Shown here: in pieces, positions 1 to 8,871 of the stretch
Numbering within the stretch: position 1 is the stretch's first letter
Layout: every line of letters starts with the position of its first letter
From: Sedimentisphaerales bacterium
GTDB lineage: Bacteria; Planctomycetota; Phycisphaerae; Sedimentisphaerales; Anaerobacaceae
NCBI GenBank assembly: GCA_963708075.1
Contig: OY970194.1
Location: forward strand, 3,584,001-3,648,000
Length of the DNA: 64,000 nucleotides
Direction of reading: 5' to 3'
Made by a program: the position numbers and the translations under genes
Notes under the pieces: generated by a model
Seen by the model: the letters and a program-made list of their open reading frames with translations, nothing else
Told to the model about the DNA's origin: nothing
Databases searched by the model: none

Positions 1-1
1 T

Positions 2-352
2 CAGCCGGCCCGACTGAGCGTCGATGAGGTCCTGCAGATCGAGCGTGACATCAACAGCCAGATCTACGCCCGCGACTTTCTGCTGATCGACCAGGCCGAC
101 ATGATCATCAGTTTCGTGCCCGCCCTGCCCGACGGCAGAGCCGCGATCTCCAGCGGCGTCGAGCGCGAGCTCCAGCACGCCCACGAGGCCGCCAAAGAAG
201 TCTACGTCATCTGGACCGCCCGCCAGGCCCCCTCCGTATTCGTCACCCAAACCGCCAGTAAGGTGTTCTCCAGCATCGATGAGGCGATGAAATTCTTCCA
301 AACGCGCTACACCCCCGAAGAAATCTGCACGTCACGGAACGAGAGCACGTGA
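2..352 (+). CDS. 3' part of a gene entering the window; nucleoside 2-deoxyribosyltransferase-like C-terminal domain
   Basis: Frame is open from base 2 (QPARLSVDEVLQIERDINSQIYARDFLLIDQADMIISFVP...SSGVERELQHAHEAAKEVYVIW). The RD..ID.AD / S.G...E...A....K.V pattern is typical of the NDT fold. Confidence 0.55.
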   Translation, partial: QPARLSVDEVLQIERDINSQIYARDFLLIDQADMIISFVPALPDGRAAISSGVERELQHAHEAAKEVYVIWTARQAPSVFVTQTASKVFSSIDEAMKFFQTRYTPEEICTSRNEST

Positions 353-423
353 CGTAATGTCCACTCAATGGCTTGCTCCCCCGCACAACAAGCGTCGAAC
401 CATCAACCAAGCGTGGCGCACTC

Positions 424-1413
424 TCATGTGAGCCCTACCTTCTGGATAAACTCGTCGATCTTCCCATCAAACCACCCGGATAGAGATTGATGTGGGCAGA
501 TGGCGTCCACTCGCATATTCAATCCAGGGCACCGATCAAGTTGCTTGCGCCGGTCAGCGGCAAGACCTTCGGTCGTGCACCATACTTGGTGGCTCGCAAG
601 CGATTCGAGCTTAAGTCTTCGGAGGTTCGTAGGGTGAAACCCAAATCCAAGTATGAAAACCTTTGACGACTCACCGAGCAGTCTCACGGCTTCTCCGATC
701 TTGTCCGTCTCGTCCACACCCTCAGATATGATTTGAATATTGCCTGCGGCAACGGTAAGCAAATGCTTCTGGGCGAAAAGCGTGTCTACTTGAGTCTCAC
801 GGAGTGCTTGCTCGCCAAAAGGAACGGGCTCACGTAGATGTGGAACATCAGTTGTCTTATCCTCCTCCTCCCATGGCAGACGGCCGAGCTTCCCATACAC
901 ATGAATGATCTTGATCGCACGGAGCACCTCGCGGCATTCCTCTATACGCCTCCCTCGATGGCGTTTGTACAGGGCCGTGATGAGGTAATGCTCAAGTGAT
1001 CGATCATAGTTGAAGGTTATTATGGATAGCTTGTTCTCGGCAAGACCGTCAAATGGACAGTCGTCTGCCAACAGCGAAAACAATTGTCTATACCAGTTTT
1101 GCCCATACTCCTCGAACATTTGACGTTCGTTCTCCTTTGGAAGGAGTGCTGCCGCAATGGAAGACTTGCCTAAATCAAGGAATTCTCCGTTTTCCTTCTT
1201 CTCGAGGAAGGCGTCCACAGAGGGCGTACCAACGAGTCTGTCGGCAAACTCCTGTGAAAGCTCCCTTGGATAACGCTGCCGAACGCATTCAAAGAGACCT
1301 GAGCCATTCCTGAGGCCAGCGACGACATCGCGAACAAGCCCCTCTCCTGATGGGAAGTCGTAGGGGGCACTTGCACCAGCACCCAATACCAAGACTGTCT
1401 TCTCTGTGAACAT
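424..1413 (-). CDS. SIR2-like (SIR2_2 / AbiH-like) domain protein
   Basis: Motifs VLVLGAGAS, IITFNYD, IIHVYG and VFILGFGF. Visibly more AT-rich than the flanking genes. Confidence 0.8.
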   Translation of the reverse strand: MFTEKTVLVLGAGASAPYDFPSGEGLVRDVVAGLRNGSGLFECVRQRYPRELSQEFADRLVGTPSVDAFLEKKENGEFLDLGKSSIAAALLPKENERQMFEEYGQNWYRQLFSLLADDCPFDGLAENKLSIITFNYDRSLEHYLITALYKRHRGRRIEECREVLRAIKIIHVYGKLGRLPWEEEDKTTDVPHLREPVPFGEQALRETQVDTLFAQKHLLTVAAGNIQIISEGVDETDKIGEAVRLLGESSKVFILGFGFHPTNLRRLKLESLASHQVWCTTEGLAADRRKQLDRCPGLNMRVDAICPHQSLSGWFDGKIDEFIQKVGLT

Positions 1414-1576
1414 CCTTTACATTGTACCATAGGAGCTCTACCACCGAAACAACCTGTGAGTCACAAGGCTATATGCCTCTTGCTAGTGCCCTGCCAGCAT
1501 TGTATCTTTATGATTGCGAAGGACAGTGACTGACCTAAGGGATGCTTCTGGCGGCGCTACGGTCCAGGAATATGAT

Positions 1577-1918
1577 ATGATCGAAGTCAGAGAGTCAGTG
1601 ACACAGCAGATCCAACAGATGGTCCGGCGAATTGCAGTGGAGTTCGACCCGGACCAGATCATCCTTTTTGGCTCGCATGCTCGCGGTGAGGCAGGGCCGG
1701 ATAGCGACGTGGACCTGCTTGTTGTGATGTCGGTGAAAGGTTCGAAAAGGGCTAAACAGCTTGAGATCAGGACTGCGGTGCGAGATGTCCATGTCCCCAA
1801 GGATATCATCGTCAGCAGGACCGAGGAATTCCAGTGGCGCAAAGACACCGTGGGCACGATTGAATACCCCGCCTCGCATGAAGGGAAAGTTGTGTATGCC
1901 CGAGGAATTCGTCAGTGA
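1577..1918 (+). CDS. Minimal nucleotidyltransferase (MNT) domain protein
   Basis: IILFGSHARGEAGPDSDVDLLVV (GS..RG.....SDxD motif), about 113 aa. ATG 1577 chosen over the TTG start at 1514. Confidence 0.88.
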   Translation: MIEVRESVTQQIQQMVRRIAVEFDPDQIILFGSHARGEAGPDSDVDLLVVMSVKGSKRAKQLEIRTAVRDVHVPKDIIVSRTEEFQWRKDTVGTIEYPASHEGKVVYARGIRQ

Positions 1919-2234
1919 GGCGATCAAGCCGGTGGCGGGGACGTTCGATACGGCTAGCATGACGCGGGGCGAGCCGGGACTGCCGCAGCGATTTGTATGG
2001 AGAGACAGGGAGTACACCCTTGCGGCCGTGCTACAGGCGTGGAAGGAAGACGGGCCCTGCAAACATGGCAGCGGCGAGATGTACCTTCGCAAGCACTGGT
2101 TCAGGATTCTGACCGAGCAAGGGCCGCAAATGACGATCTATTTCGAACGGCAGGCACGATCGAAGCAGCAGAGCAAAGCGCGATGGTGGCTCTATACAGT
2201 CGACAGAGAGTCAGGTTCGGCTGCGGCCGACTGA
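1896..2234 (+). CDS. DUF6504-like small protein
   Basis: MPEEFVSEAIKP...PQRFVWRDREYTLAAVLQAW...RKHWFRI...IYFER...WWLYTVD. Start overlaps the 3' end of the MNT gene. Confidence 0.65.
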   Translation: MPEEFVSEAIKPVAGTFDTASMTRGEPGLPQRFVWRDREYTLAAVLQAWKEDGPCKHGSGEMYLRKHWFRILTEQGPQMTIYFERQARSKQQSKARWWLYTVDRESGSAAAD

Positions 2235-2313
2235 GGCTTGCGATGGCGATGGCAATAGCGTACCATGACGATGCCGAGGAACACATGGCTGTCTGAATGG
2301 AAAGTTCTCTCTT

Positions 2314-3013
2314 ATGACACTGGAACCAGCAACGACTGGAACAGACATAGCACAATACATCGACCACACGCTGCTGAAGGCGGAGGCGACGCACGAGGAG
2401 ATTCTGCGGGTGTGCGATGAGGCACAGGCGTGGGGATTTCATACGGTGTGCGTCAACGGGCGATGGGTGTCGCTGGTCGCGGAACGATTGTATGGCACGA
2501 AGGTGAAGACCGCGGGCGTGGTGAGTCTGCCGCTTGGTGCCGACACCACCAAAGTCAAGATCGCAGGGGCAAGGGAGGCGATTGACGCCGGGGCCGATGA
2601 GATCGATATGGTCGCTGATCTGGCGGCCATTATCGAAGGCGACGCCAAGTACCTGCTGCACCAGGTTCGGTCGGTGCTGAGGGAATGCCGGTCCATGAGA
2701 ACCTGCCGTGCTGCTGAAAGTCATTATTGAGTCGGCGGCCCTGACCCGGGAGCAAAAGATCTTCGCCTGCCAGATTGCCCAGCAGGCCGGCGTGGATTTC
2801 ATCAAGACCAGCACGGGGCTGCACCCGGCGGGAGGGGCCACGGTGGAGGACGTCCGGCTGATCAGGGAGACAGCGCCAACCTGCAAGGTGAAGGCCTCGG
2901 GCGGAATCAAGACTGCCCGGCAGGCCCTGGCGATGCTGGAGGCCGGAGCCGATCGCATCGGCACCTCCGCCGGCGTCCAAATCATGGAAGAGCTTACAGC
3001 GACGAGGAAATGA
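2314..3013 (+). CDS. deoC: Deoxyribose-phosphate aldolase, split by an apparent +1 frameshift near 2700
   Basis: N-half has IDHTLLK and GADEIDMV (2314-2730). C-half has LKVIIE, FIKTSTG, VKASGGI and GADRIGTS (2708-3013). Removing one A from ATGAGAACCT restores [12 protein letters not shown]. Confidence 0.92.
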
Positions 3014-4473
3014 TGGCAGGTGAAAGGGACTGCGCCTGCAGAATCCACTACAAGAGAATCCGTGCGGACACAAGCCTGGGGGCGTTAACTGAGGTCATCG
3101 CAGCGCTGCCGTTGCCCGCCATCCTCGGGGGCAATCCAGCCAAGATCGATGAAGATGGATTCAGTTACTGGGCCGCCGAGCCGAGAGAAGTATTTGAATT
3201 CAAGGCCGGCCAAAGCAACCCATTTTCAAAACTTCAGGGAATCCTGGGCAAATACACGCTCACCGATGGCCCGGCCGTCAGCTATAACCAGGCAGAAGAT
3301 CAGATGGCGGGGTCGCCGTTGCCTGACGGGATGTTCTGCGGCGGCTGGATCGGGCATTTCAGCTACGAACTGGGCCGATACATCGAGCGTTTGCCCGAGA
3401 AAGCCGTTGATGACCTTCGAATTCCTCTCGTCCGATTGTGTTTCTACGACCGGGCAATCGCATACGACCATCGCTCCAGCGTCTTCTGGCTCGTGGCCCT
3501 GGAGTTGCCCGATGACTCTGAGAGGCCCAAGGAGAAGATCGCCACCCTCGAATATCGCATGGATCGGTCACGACAGATACACCTGACGGAGCCCCCCGCC
3601 GCAGACATGGAGACGATTGACTTCGCCGATGTTCGGCGCAATATGACGCGGGATGCCTACCTGGATGCCGTACGACGGATCAAGCGCTACATCTGCGACG
3701 GGGACATCTACCAGGCGAACTTCTCCCATCGCTTCGAGCAGCCATTCAGGGGCAGGCCCGTTCAGTTGTTTCATTGGCAAAATCACTATAATCCCAGTGG
3801 CTACGCAGCCTATCTTGATGCCGGCGACTTTCAGATCGTCAGCGCCTCGCCGGAGATGTTCATCACGATTCACGACCGCATGATCCGAACGAAGCCAATC
3901 AAAGGGACACGCCCGCGAATCAACGCCTCCGATGAGCAGGCGGTGAAGCTCAACGCCGAGCGATTCAATGAGCTGCTGACCAGTGAAAAAGAGCAGGCGG
4001 AACTCAACATGATCATCGACCTGGAACGCAACGACGTGGCCAGGATCTGCAAGCCCGGCACACGCCGCGTCATTCAGCCGAGGACGATTGAGACCTATCC
4101 CACCGTGTTTCATGCCGTCGCCACCGTCGGTGGCGAACTGCGCAGCGACGTCACGTTCAGCGATGTCCTGCGGGCCATGTTCCCCGGCGGCTCGATCACC
4201 GGGGCGCCGAAGATCCGCTCCATGGAGATCATCGACGAGCTGGAGCCTACGGCCAGAAGCGTCTATACCGGCGCGATCGGCTTCATCGGCCTCGACGGAA
4301 CTGTCTGCTTGAATATCGCCATCCGAACCGCTATCATCACGAACGGCAACGCCTTTGTGCAAACGGGAGGCGGGATTGTCGCCGACTCCGATCCACAGGC
4401 CGAGTGGGACGAGACGATCACAAAGGCCAGGGCACTTGTGGCCGGCATCAAGGCGGTGGAGAACATGGAATGA
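3010..4473 (+). CDS. pabB: Aminodeoxychorismate synthase component I (anthranilate synthase I family)
   Basis: [58 protein letters not shown]. The PIKGT motif favours PabB. Confidence 0.88.
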   Translation: MMAGERDCACRIHYKRIRADTSLGALTEVIAALPLPAILGGNPAKIDEDGFSYWAAEPREVFEFKAGQSNPFSKLQGILGKYTLTDGPAVSYNQAEDQMAGSPLPDGMFCGGWIGHFSYELGRYIERLPEKAVDDLRIPLVRLCFYDRAIAYDHRSSVFWLVALELPDDSERPKEKIATLEYRMDRSRQIHLTEPPAADMETIDFADVRRNMTRDAYLDAVRRIKRYICDGDIYQANFSHRFEQPFRGRPVQLFHWQNHYNPSGYAAYLDAGDFQIVSASPEMFITIHDRMIRTKPIKGTRPRINASDEQAVKLNAERFNELLTSEKEQAELNMIIDLERNDVARICKPGTRRVIQPRTIETYPTVFHAVATVGGELRSDVTFSDVLRAMFPGGSITGAPKIRSMEIIDELEPTARSVYTGAIGFIGLDGTVCLNIAIRTAIITNGNAFVQTGGGIVADSDPQAEWDETITKARALVAGIKAVENME

Positions 4474-5339
4474 CGATGGCCAGGAAGGTCTTTCTCAATG
4501 ACAGCGTGATCGATTTCGACCAGGCGCATTTGTCTGTTACGGAGAGCGGATTCTTATATGGCGCCGGGCTGTTCGAGACCATGCGCAGCCGCAACGGGAT
4601 CGTCTTTCGCCTCCAGGACCATCTGGACCGGCTGTTCCAAAGCGCCGGCGCGCTGTCGATCGTTCATTCGTACGAGAAGCCGTACATCAGTGACGCCATC
4701 AGCAAGCTGCTGCAAGCCAATGAGCTGAGCGAGGCCCGCCTGAGACTGACTCTGACGAACGGCCCCCTGACGGAGTCGGAGGACCAGCGAAAGCCGACAC
4801 TGCTGATCACCGCCACCCAGTTCCGGCCGTATCCGGCGGAATACTACAAAACAGGTGTGCTGGTCATCCTGTGCCCCTTCCGACAAAACGCGACCGACCC
4901 GACGTGCGGACATAAGACGACCTGTTACTATCCGCGTCTGCTCGCGCTGAACCTGGCTCGGCAAAAGGGAGCCGTCGAGGCGATGTGGTTCACCACCGAC
5001 AATCGCCTGGCGGAAGGATGCGTCAGCAATGTCTTCCTCGTGAAGAACTCGGTGCTTTACACCCCGCCCGTCGAGACGCCGATCCTTCCGGGCATCGCAA
5101 GAAAGACAGTCCGCCAGTTGGCCCAGCAACAGTCCATCGAGCTTGTGGAGAAGGACCTTTACATCGCCGACCTGCTCGATGCCGACGAGGTTTTCCTGAC
5201 CAACGTCATCATGGAGGTGTTGCCGGTCATCCAGGTAGAGAAGCATACCGTCGGCGAAGGCAAGGTCGGGCCCATGACTACGAAGATTCGAGAGAGCTTT
5301 CTCCAGGCAATCGATGAGGAGTGCGGGAATGAAGGTTAA
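4470..5339 (+). CDS. Class IV PLP-dependent aminotransferase / probable 4-amino-4-deoxychorismate lyase
   Basis: GFLYGAGLFETMR, HLDRL, EGCVSNVF, ILPGIAR, ADEVFLTN. ATGA overlap with the pabB stop. Confidence 0.85.
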   Translation: MTMARKVFLNDSVIDFDQAHLSVTESGFLYGAGLFETMRSRNGIVFRLQDHLDRLFQSAGALSIVHSYEKPYISDAISKLLQANELSEARLRLTLTNGPLTESEDQRKPTLLITATQFRPYPAEYYKTGVLVILCPFRQNATDPTCGHKTTCYYPRLLALNLARQKGAVEAMWFTTDNRLAEGCVSNVFLVKNSVLYTPPVETPILPGIARKTVRQLAQQQSIELVEKDLYIADLLDADEVFLTNVIMEVLPVIQVEKHTVGEGKVGPMTTKIRESFLQAIDEECGNEG

Positions 5340-6441
5340 GGATATCGCGGCTGTCGTCGAGAAGATCGCGCCGCTTGGGTTGGCCCAATCGTGGGACAAT
5401 GTCGGGCTGCTCATCGGCGACCCGGAGCGGCGGATCAGGAATATTCTTCTGACGATCGACATAACACAGGCGGTGCTCGCCGAGGCGAAGGAACTCGGGA
5501 CTGATCTGATCCTGAGTTACCACCCTGTGATCTGGGACGGGCTCAAGAAGGTCCGAGCCGACGGCCCATCCCGGACCGTGTACGAGCTGATTCGCTCCGG
5601 CATCGCGGTCTTCTCCATCCACACGGCCCTGGACGCGGTCCGAGGCGGCATCAACGACGGCCTGGCCGGCATCCTCGGTATTCAGGACGCCAAGCCCCTC
5701 GGCGACTATGTAGAATACTCCACGCAAGACAACTACAAAGTCGTCGTCTATGTGCCGACCGATGCACTTGCGGGCGTGACCAATGCCATGTTCGAGGCGG
5801 GGGCCGGCTGGATCGGCAACTACCGCGATTGCGGCTTCCACACGCAGGGCACGGGGACGTTCCTGCCGCTGGAGGGAGCCAGACCTGCCATCGGACGCAA
5901 GGGAAAACTGGAGCAGGTGCAGGAGTTTCGGTTCGAGACGATTGTGCCGGCCGACAAGCTCGAGGCTGTCGTGGAGGCCATGAAAAAGGCTCATCCCTAC
6001 GAGGTGCCGGCTTTTGACATTTACCGGCTTTTCGACTATAAGAGCCGGTTTGGACTGGGTAGAATCGGCCCGCTGGCAGAGCCTTTGCCGGTGAGGCAGC
6101 TCATTGACAGAGTGAAACGCCGGACAGGAGCCAAAGCGGTTGGCTTGGTAGGCGATGAGAAACGGCTGGTGCGAAAAGCGGCAGTCTGTGCCGGCACCTG
6201 CGGCGGGATCATCAACACGGTCATCGCCGCCGGGGCCGACCTGTACCTGACGGGCGAACTGAAACATCACCACGCCCTGGCCGCCCAGGAAGCAGGATTG
6301 ACCTGCATGTGCCTGAGCCATACGGTCTCGGAGCGGTTCTTTTTGAAGGACCTGGCCCGGCAGGTGAAGGCCCATGCACGGGAGTTGACGGTTCGGGTCA
6401 GCAAGAAAGATGCTGACCCATTCACATGGAAGACAATATGA
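5329..6441 (+). CDS. Nif3-like dinuclear metal centre hexameric protein (with PII-like insert)
   Basis: AQSWDNVGLLIG, YHPVIW, HTALD, AHPYEVPAFD, LTGELKHH, SHTVSE. Confidence 0.92.
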   Translation: MKVKDIAAVVEKIAPLGLAQSWDNVGLLIGDPERRIRNILLTIDITQAVLAEAKELGTDLILSYHPVIWDGLKKVRADGPSRTVYELIRSGIAVFSIHTALDAVRGGINDGLAGILGIQDAKPLGDYVEYSTQDNYKVVVYVPTDALAGVTNAMFEAGAGWIGNYRDCGFHTQGTGTFLPLEGARPAIGRKGKLEQVQEFRFETIVPADKLEAVVEAMKKAHPYEVPAFDIYRLFDYKSRFGLGRIGPLAEPLPVRQLIDRVKRRTGAKAVGLVGDEKRLVRKAAVCAGTCGGIINTVIAAGADLYLTGELKHHHALAAQEAGLTCMCLSHTVSERFFLKDLARQVKAHARELTVRVSKKDADPFTWKTI

Positions 6442-6448
6442 CGGCTCC

Positions 6449-6519
6449 TGTAGGGTGGGGCTTGCCCCACCAGAAACCCGTCTGGTGGTAAGAATCGGTG
6501 GGGCAAGCCCCACCCTACA
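6449..6519. repeat. GTAG-type REP-like inverted pair
   Basis: GTAGGGTGGGGCTTGCCCCACC (6450-6471) and its perfect reverse complement (6497-6518). Each arm is itself a hairpin. Confidence 0.85.
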
Positions 6520-6543
6520 AGTTTCAAACGTTGGACTTAGAAT

Positions 6544-7500
6544 ATGCCCAAGGAAAAGACAGAGCGATCGAGCGAGGAAAGCCAAGCGGCACTGGACGTG
6601 GTGGATACGCAAGCGGAAGAGTCGCAAGAACCCGAGAATGCGGTGCAGGAACTCCCGAAGGATGCCGTCGAGCCTGCAGAAGAAGAGAAGGACGCCGTGG
6701 AGGGAGAAACCGTACCTTTCGAGGAGGACGTTGCGCCTCCTGCACAGGCAGATGAAGCCGTGGAGGAGAATGGTGAATCGGCCGTCGAGAGCGAGACCTC
6801 GCAAGGGGTGACGAGCCAGACCCCTGCTGAGCAAGTGAGCGAATTATCAGAGCAGGACATCGCGGAGCCCGCACCGGAAGGCGAGGCCGTGGAAGGCCAG
6901 GTCGCCGTGCAGGAAGAGCAGCCTGCGACCGAGGGCGCCAAACCGGAGGAGCAAGCTTCTCAGGCACCGGAGCAAGCTCCGACTGTCGAGTCTGTGATTG
7001 AAGCGATTCTCTTCGCGACGGATGAGCCCCTGACCGATAGCCGTCTCGCGGCCATCGTCGAGACGTCGGCCAAGCAGATCCGCGAGAGCATCGAGAGCCT
7101 GAATGCGAAGTACGCAGCCAACAACAACGCCTTCCGCATCGAGCAGATTGCGGGCGGCTACCAGATGCTGACGCTGAACCTCTACAACTCTTGGCTCAAG
7201 AAGATGCTCCGGGCCCGCAGCGACACCAAGCTCAGCCCCGCCGCCCTGGAGACGCTCGCCATCATCGCCTATAAGCAGCCGATCATCCGGGCCGATATCG
7301 AGGCCGTCCGGGGCGTCGCCTCCGGCGAGGTCATCCGCAGCCTCATGTACAAGGGCCTCGTCAAGATCACCGGCCGCGCGGAGATCCTCGGCCGGCCCAT
7401 GCTCTACGGCACAACCAAGAAATTCCTCGAAGTCTTCGGCCTCAACTCCCTCAAAGACCTCCCCAAAGCCGAAGAACTCAAAAACCCCGACCACGGATGA
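6544..7500 (+). CDS. scpB: SMC-Scp complex subunit ScpB with long acidic N-terminal extension
   Basis: IEAILFATDEPL, LSPAALETLAIIAYKQPIIRADIEAVRGV, GRPMLYGTTKKFLEVFGLNSLKDLP. Confidence 0.93.
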   Translation: MPKEKTERSSEESQAALDVVDTQAEESQEPENAVQELPKDAVEPAEEEKDAVEGETVPFEEDVAPPAQADEAVEENGESAVESETSQGVTSQTPAEQVSELSEQDIAEPAPEGEAVEGQVAVQEEQPATEGAKPEEQASQAPEQAPTVESVIEAILFATDEPLTDSRLAAIVETSAKQIRESIESLNAKYAANNNAFRIEQIAGGYQMLTLNLYNSWLKKMLRARSDTKLSPAALETLAIIAYKQPIIRADIEAVRGVASGEVIRSLMYKGLVKITGRAEILGRPMLYGTTKKFLEVFGLNSLKDLPKAEELKNPDHG

Positions 7501-7511
7501 GCATCTACATC

Positions 7512-7590
7512 GTAAGGGCAACCCCCTGTGGTTGCCCTGAATCATGCAAGCTATGGCAGGAGCAGGGCAGGCACGGGGGCCTACCCCTAC
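7512..7590. repeat. Degenerate GTAG-type REP-like pair
   Basis: GTAAGGGCAACCCCCTGTGGTTGCCC ... GGGCAGGCACGGGGGCCTACCCCTAC, between convergent genes. Confidence 0.7.
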
Positions 7591-7609
7591 AGAATCCAAC
7601 CACGTCCTG

Positions 7610-8812
7610 TCACCAGTTCCAGGGCAGTCCCTCGGCGGTGCCGGGGACGGCATTCGCCGGCCTGGGGTGGTTCTGGTCGAAGACGTAGAGCTTGTCTTTG
7701 GGCTCGATGACCACCGTGTCCTCGTTGATCTGGCCGGTCTGGTCGATGACCTCGGATAGAGAGAGACCCAGGTGCTTGGCGAGGAATTTGTAGGCGCCGA
7801 TGCGCTTGGATCGGCCGTAGTCGTGATCTTCATCCGGCAGGTGCAGGTACTCGACGTTGTTTTCCACGCCGTAGAGGCGATAGACGTTGCGGATGTAGGG
7901 ATACTCGACGTGCGGCGTGTTCTTCGTCCAGTCCTTGCCGTCGGAGATAAGCATCAGCGGACGCGGGGCGGACGCCGCGGCGATCTCCACGTTGCTCGTC
8001 TCGTGGGACTTGCTCTTGTGGACGGGCATGCCGCTCTCGCAGACGCAGCCGCCGAAGAAATGGGCCGAGACCATGACTACGGGGACACAGACGGTGACGC
8101 GGTCATCGACGGCCGCCAGCATGAACGATTGCGTCCCGCCGCCGGAGGCGCCGGTGATGGCGATGCGCTTGGGATCGACATCCGCTCTGGATGTCAGGAA
8201 GTCCACGATCCGGATACTGTTCCACAGTTGCAGCTTGAAGACCTTGGGCCGTCTGTGTTCCCAGCCGGCGTTGGCCCAGTCGCCATAGCCTACCATGTCA
8301 TAAGCGAAGACAATCGCGCCCATTCGGGCGAGAATGGCACAGCGTTTCTGCATGTCCGGCCGGAACCGGCCGTAATCCGCAGGGTTGCTCCAATGGCCGT
8401 GCGGACAGAGCACCGCCGGGAACGGTCCCGAGCCCTTCGTCGGCGTGTACAGGTTCCCCGTGACAAACACGCCCGGCAGGCTCTCAATCGCCACGTTCTC
8501 CACGCTGTACCCGTCGTACACGCGTTTGCTGTGGATAATCGGATTCAAGGGGCATTTCTTCGGCAGCGGCCAAAGCTCAGCCCCGCGCAGAATTCCCTCG
8601 CGAATCCGCTGCGCCCGCTGCTGCCAGTCAGATAACGTCGAGTACATAGCCGCGAATCTCGCGAGCTGCTCTTTCGCCTGCTCCTCCGTCTGGTAATTCC
8701 CCACGCAAAGCTGGGGTTTCTCACTATCGGCGTTTTCAGCCGCTCGTACATAGAGCGGCAACAAGATGGCTGCGAGCACGGTTACGACGACACACTTGCG
8801 AATGACTTGCAT
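7610..8812 (-). CDS. Secreted alpha/beta-hydrolase, acetylxylan esterase-like
   Basis: Signal peptide; PAVLCPHGH; nucleophile elbow ITGASGGGTQ; C-terminal EDHDY. Confidence 0.8.
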   Translation of the reverse strand: MQVIRKCVVVTVLAAILLPLYVRAAENADSEKPQLCVGNYQTEEQAKEQLARFAAMYSTLSDWQQRAQRIREGILRGAELWPLPKKCPLNPIIHSKRVYDGYSVENVAIESLPGVFVTGNLYTPTKGSGPFPAVLCPHGHWSNPADYGRFRPDMQKRCAILARMGAIVFAYDMVGYGDWANAGWEHRRPKVFKLQLWNSIRIVDFLTSRADVDPKRIAITGASGGGTQSFMLAAVDDRVTVCVPVVMVSAHFFGGCVCESGMPVHKSKSHETSNVEIAAASAPRPLMLISDGKDWTKNTPHVEYPYIRNVYRLYGVENNVEYLHLPDEDHDYGRSKRIGAYKFLAKHLGLSLSEVIDQTGQINEDTVVIEPKDKLYVFDQNHPRPANAVPGTAEGLPWNW

Positions 8813-8871
8813 GATACACCTCTGTCACAACGTTATGACTCACTCGATGCAGAAGGTGTGCGGTGCACACC

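Noticed and set aside
2..1413. NDT-like gene plus SIR2 gene as a Thoeris-like signalling pair
   Set aside because: The genes are convergent and differ in composition, and the first is truncated by the window edge; there is no evidence of linkage.
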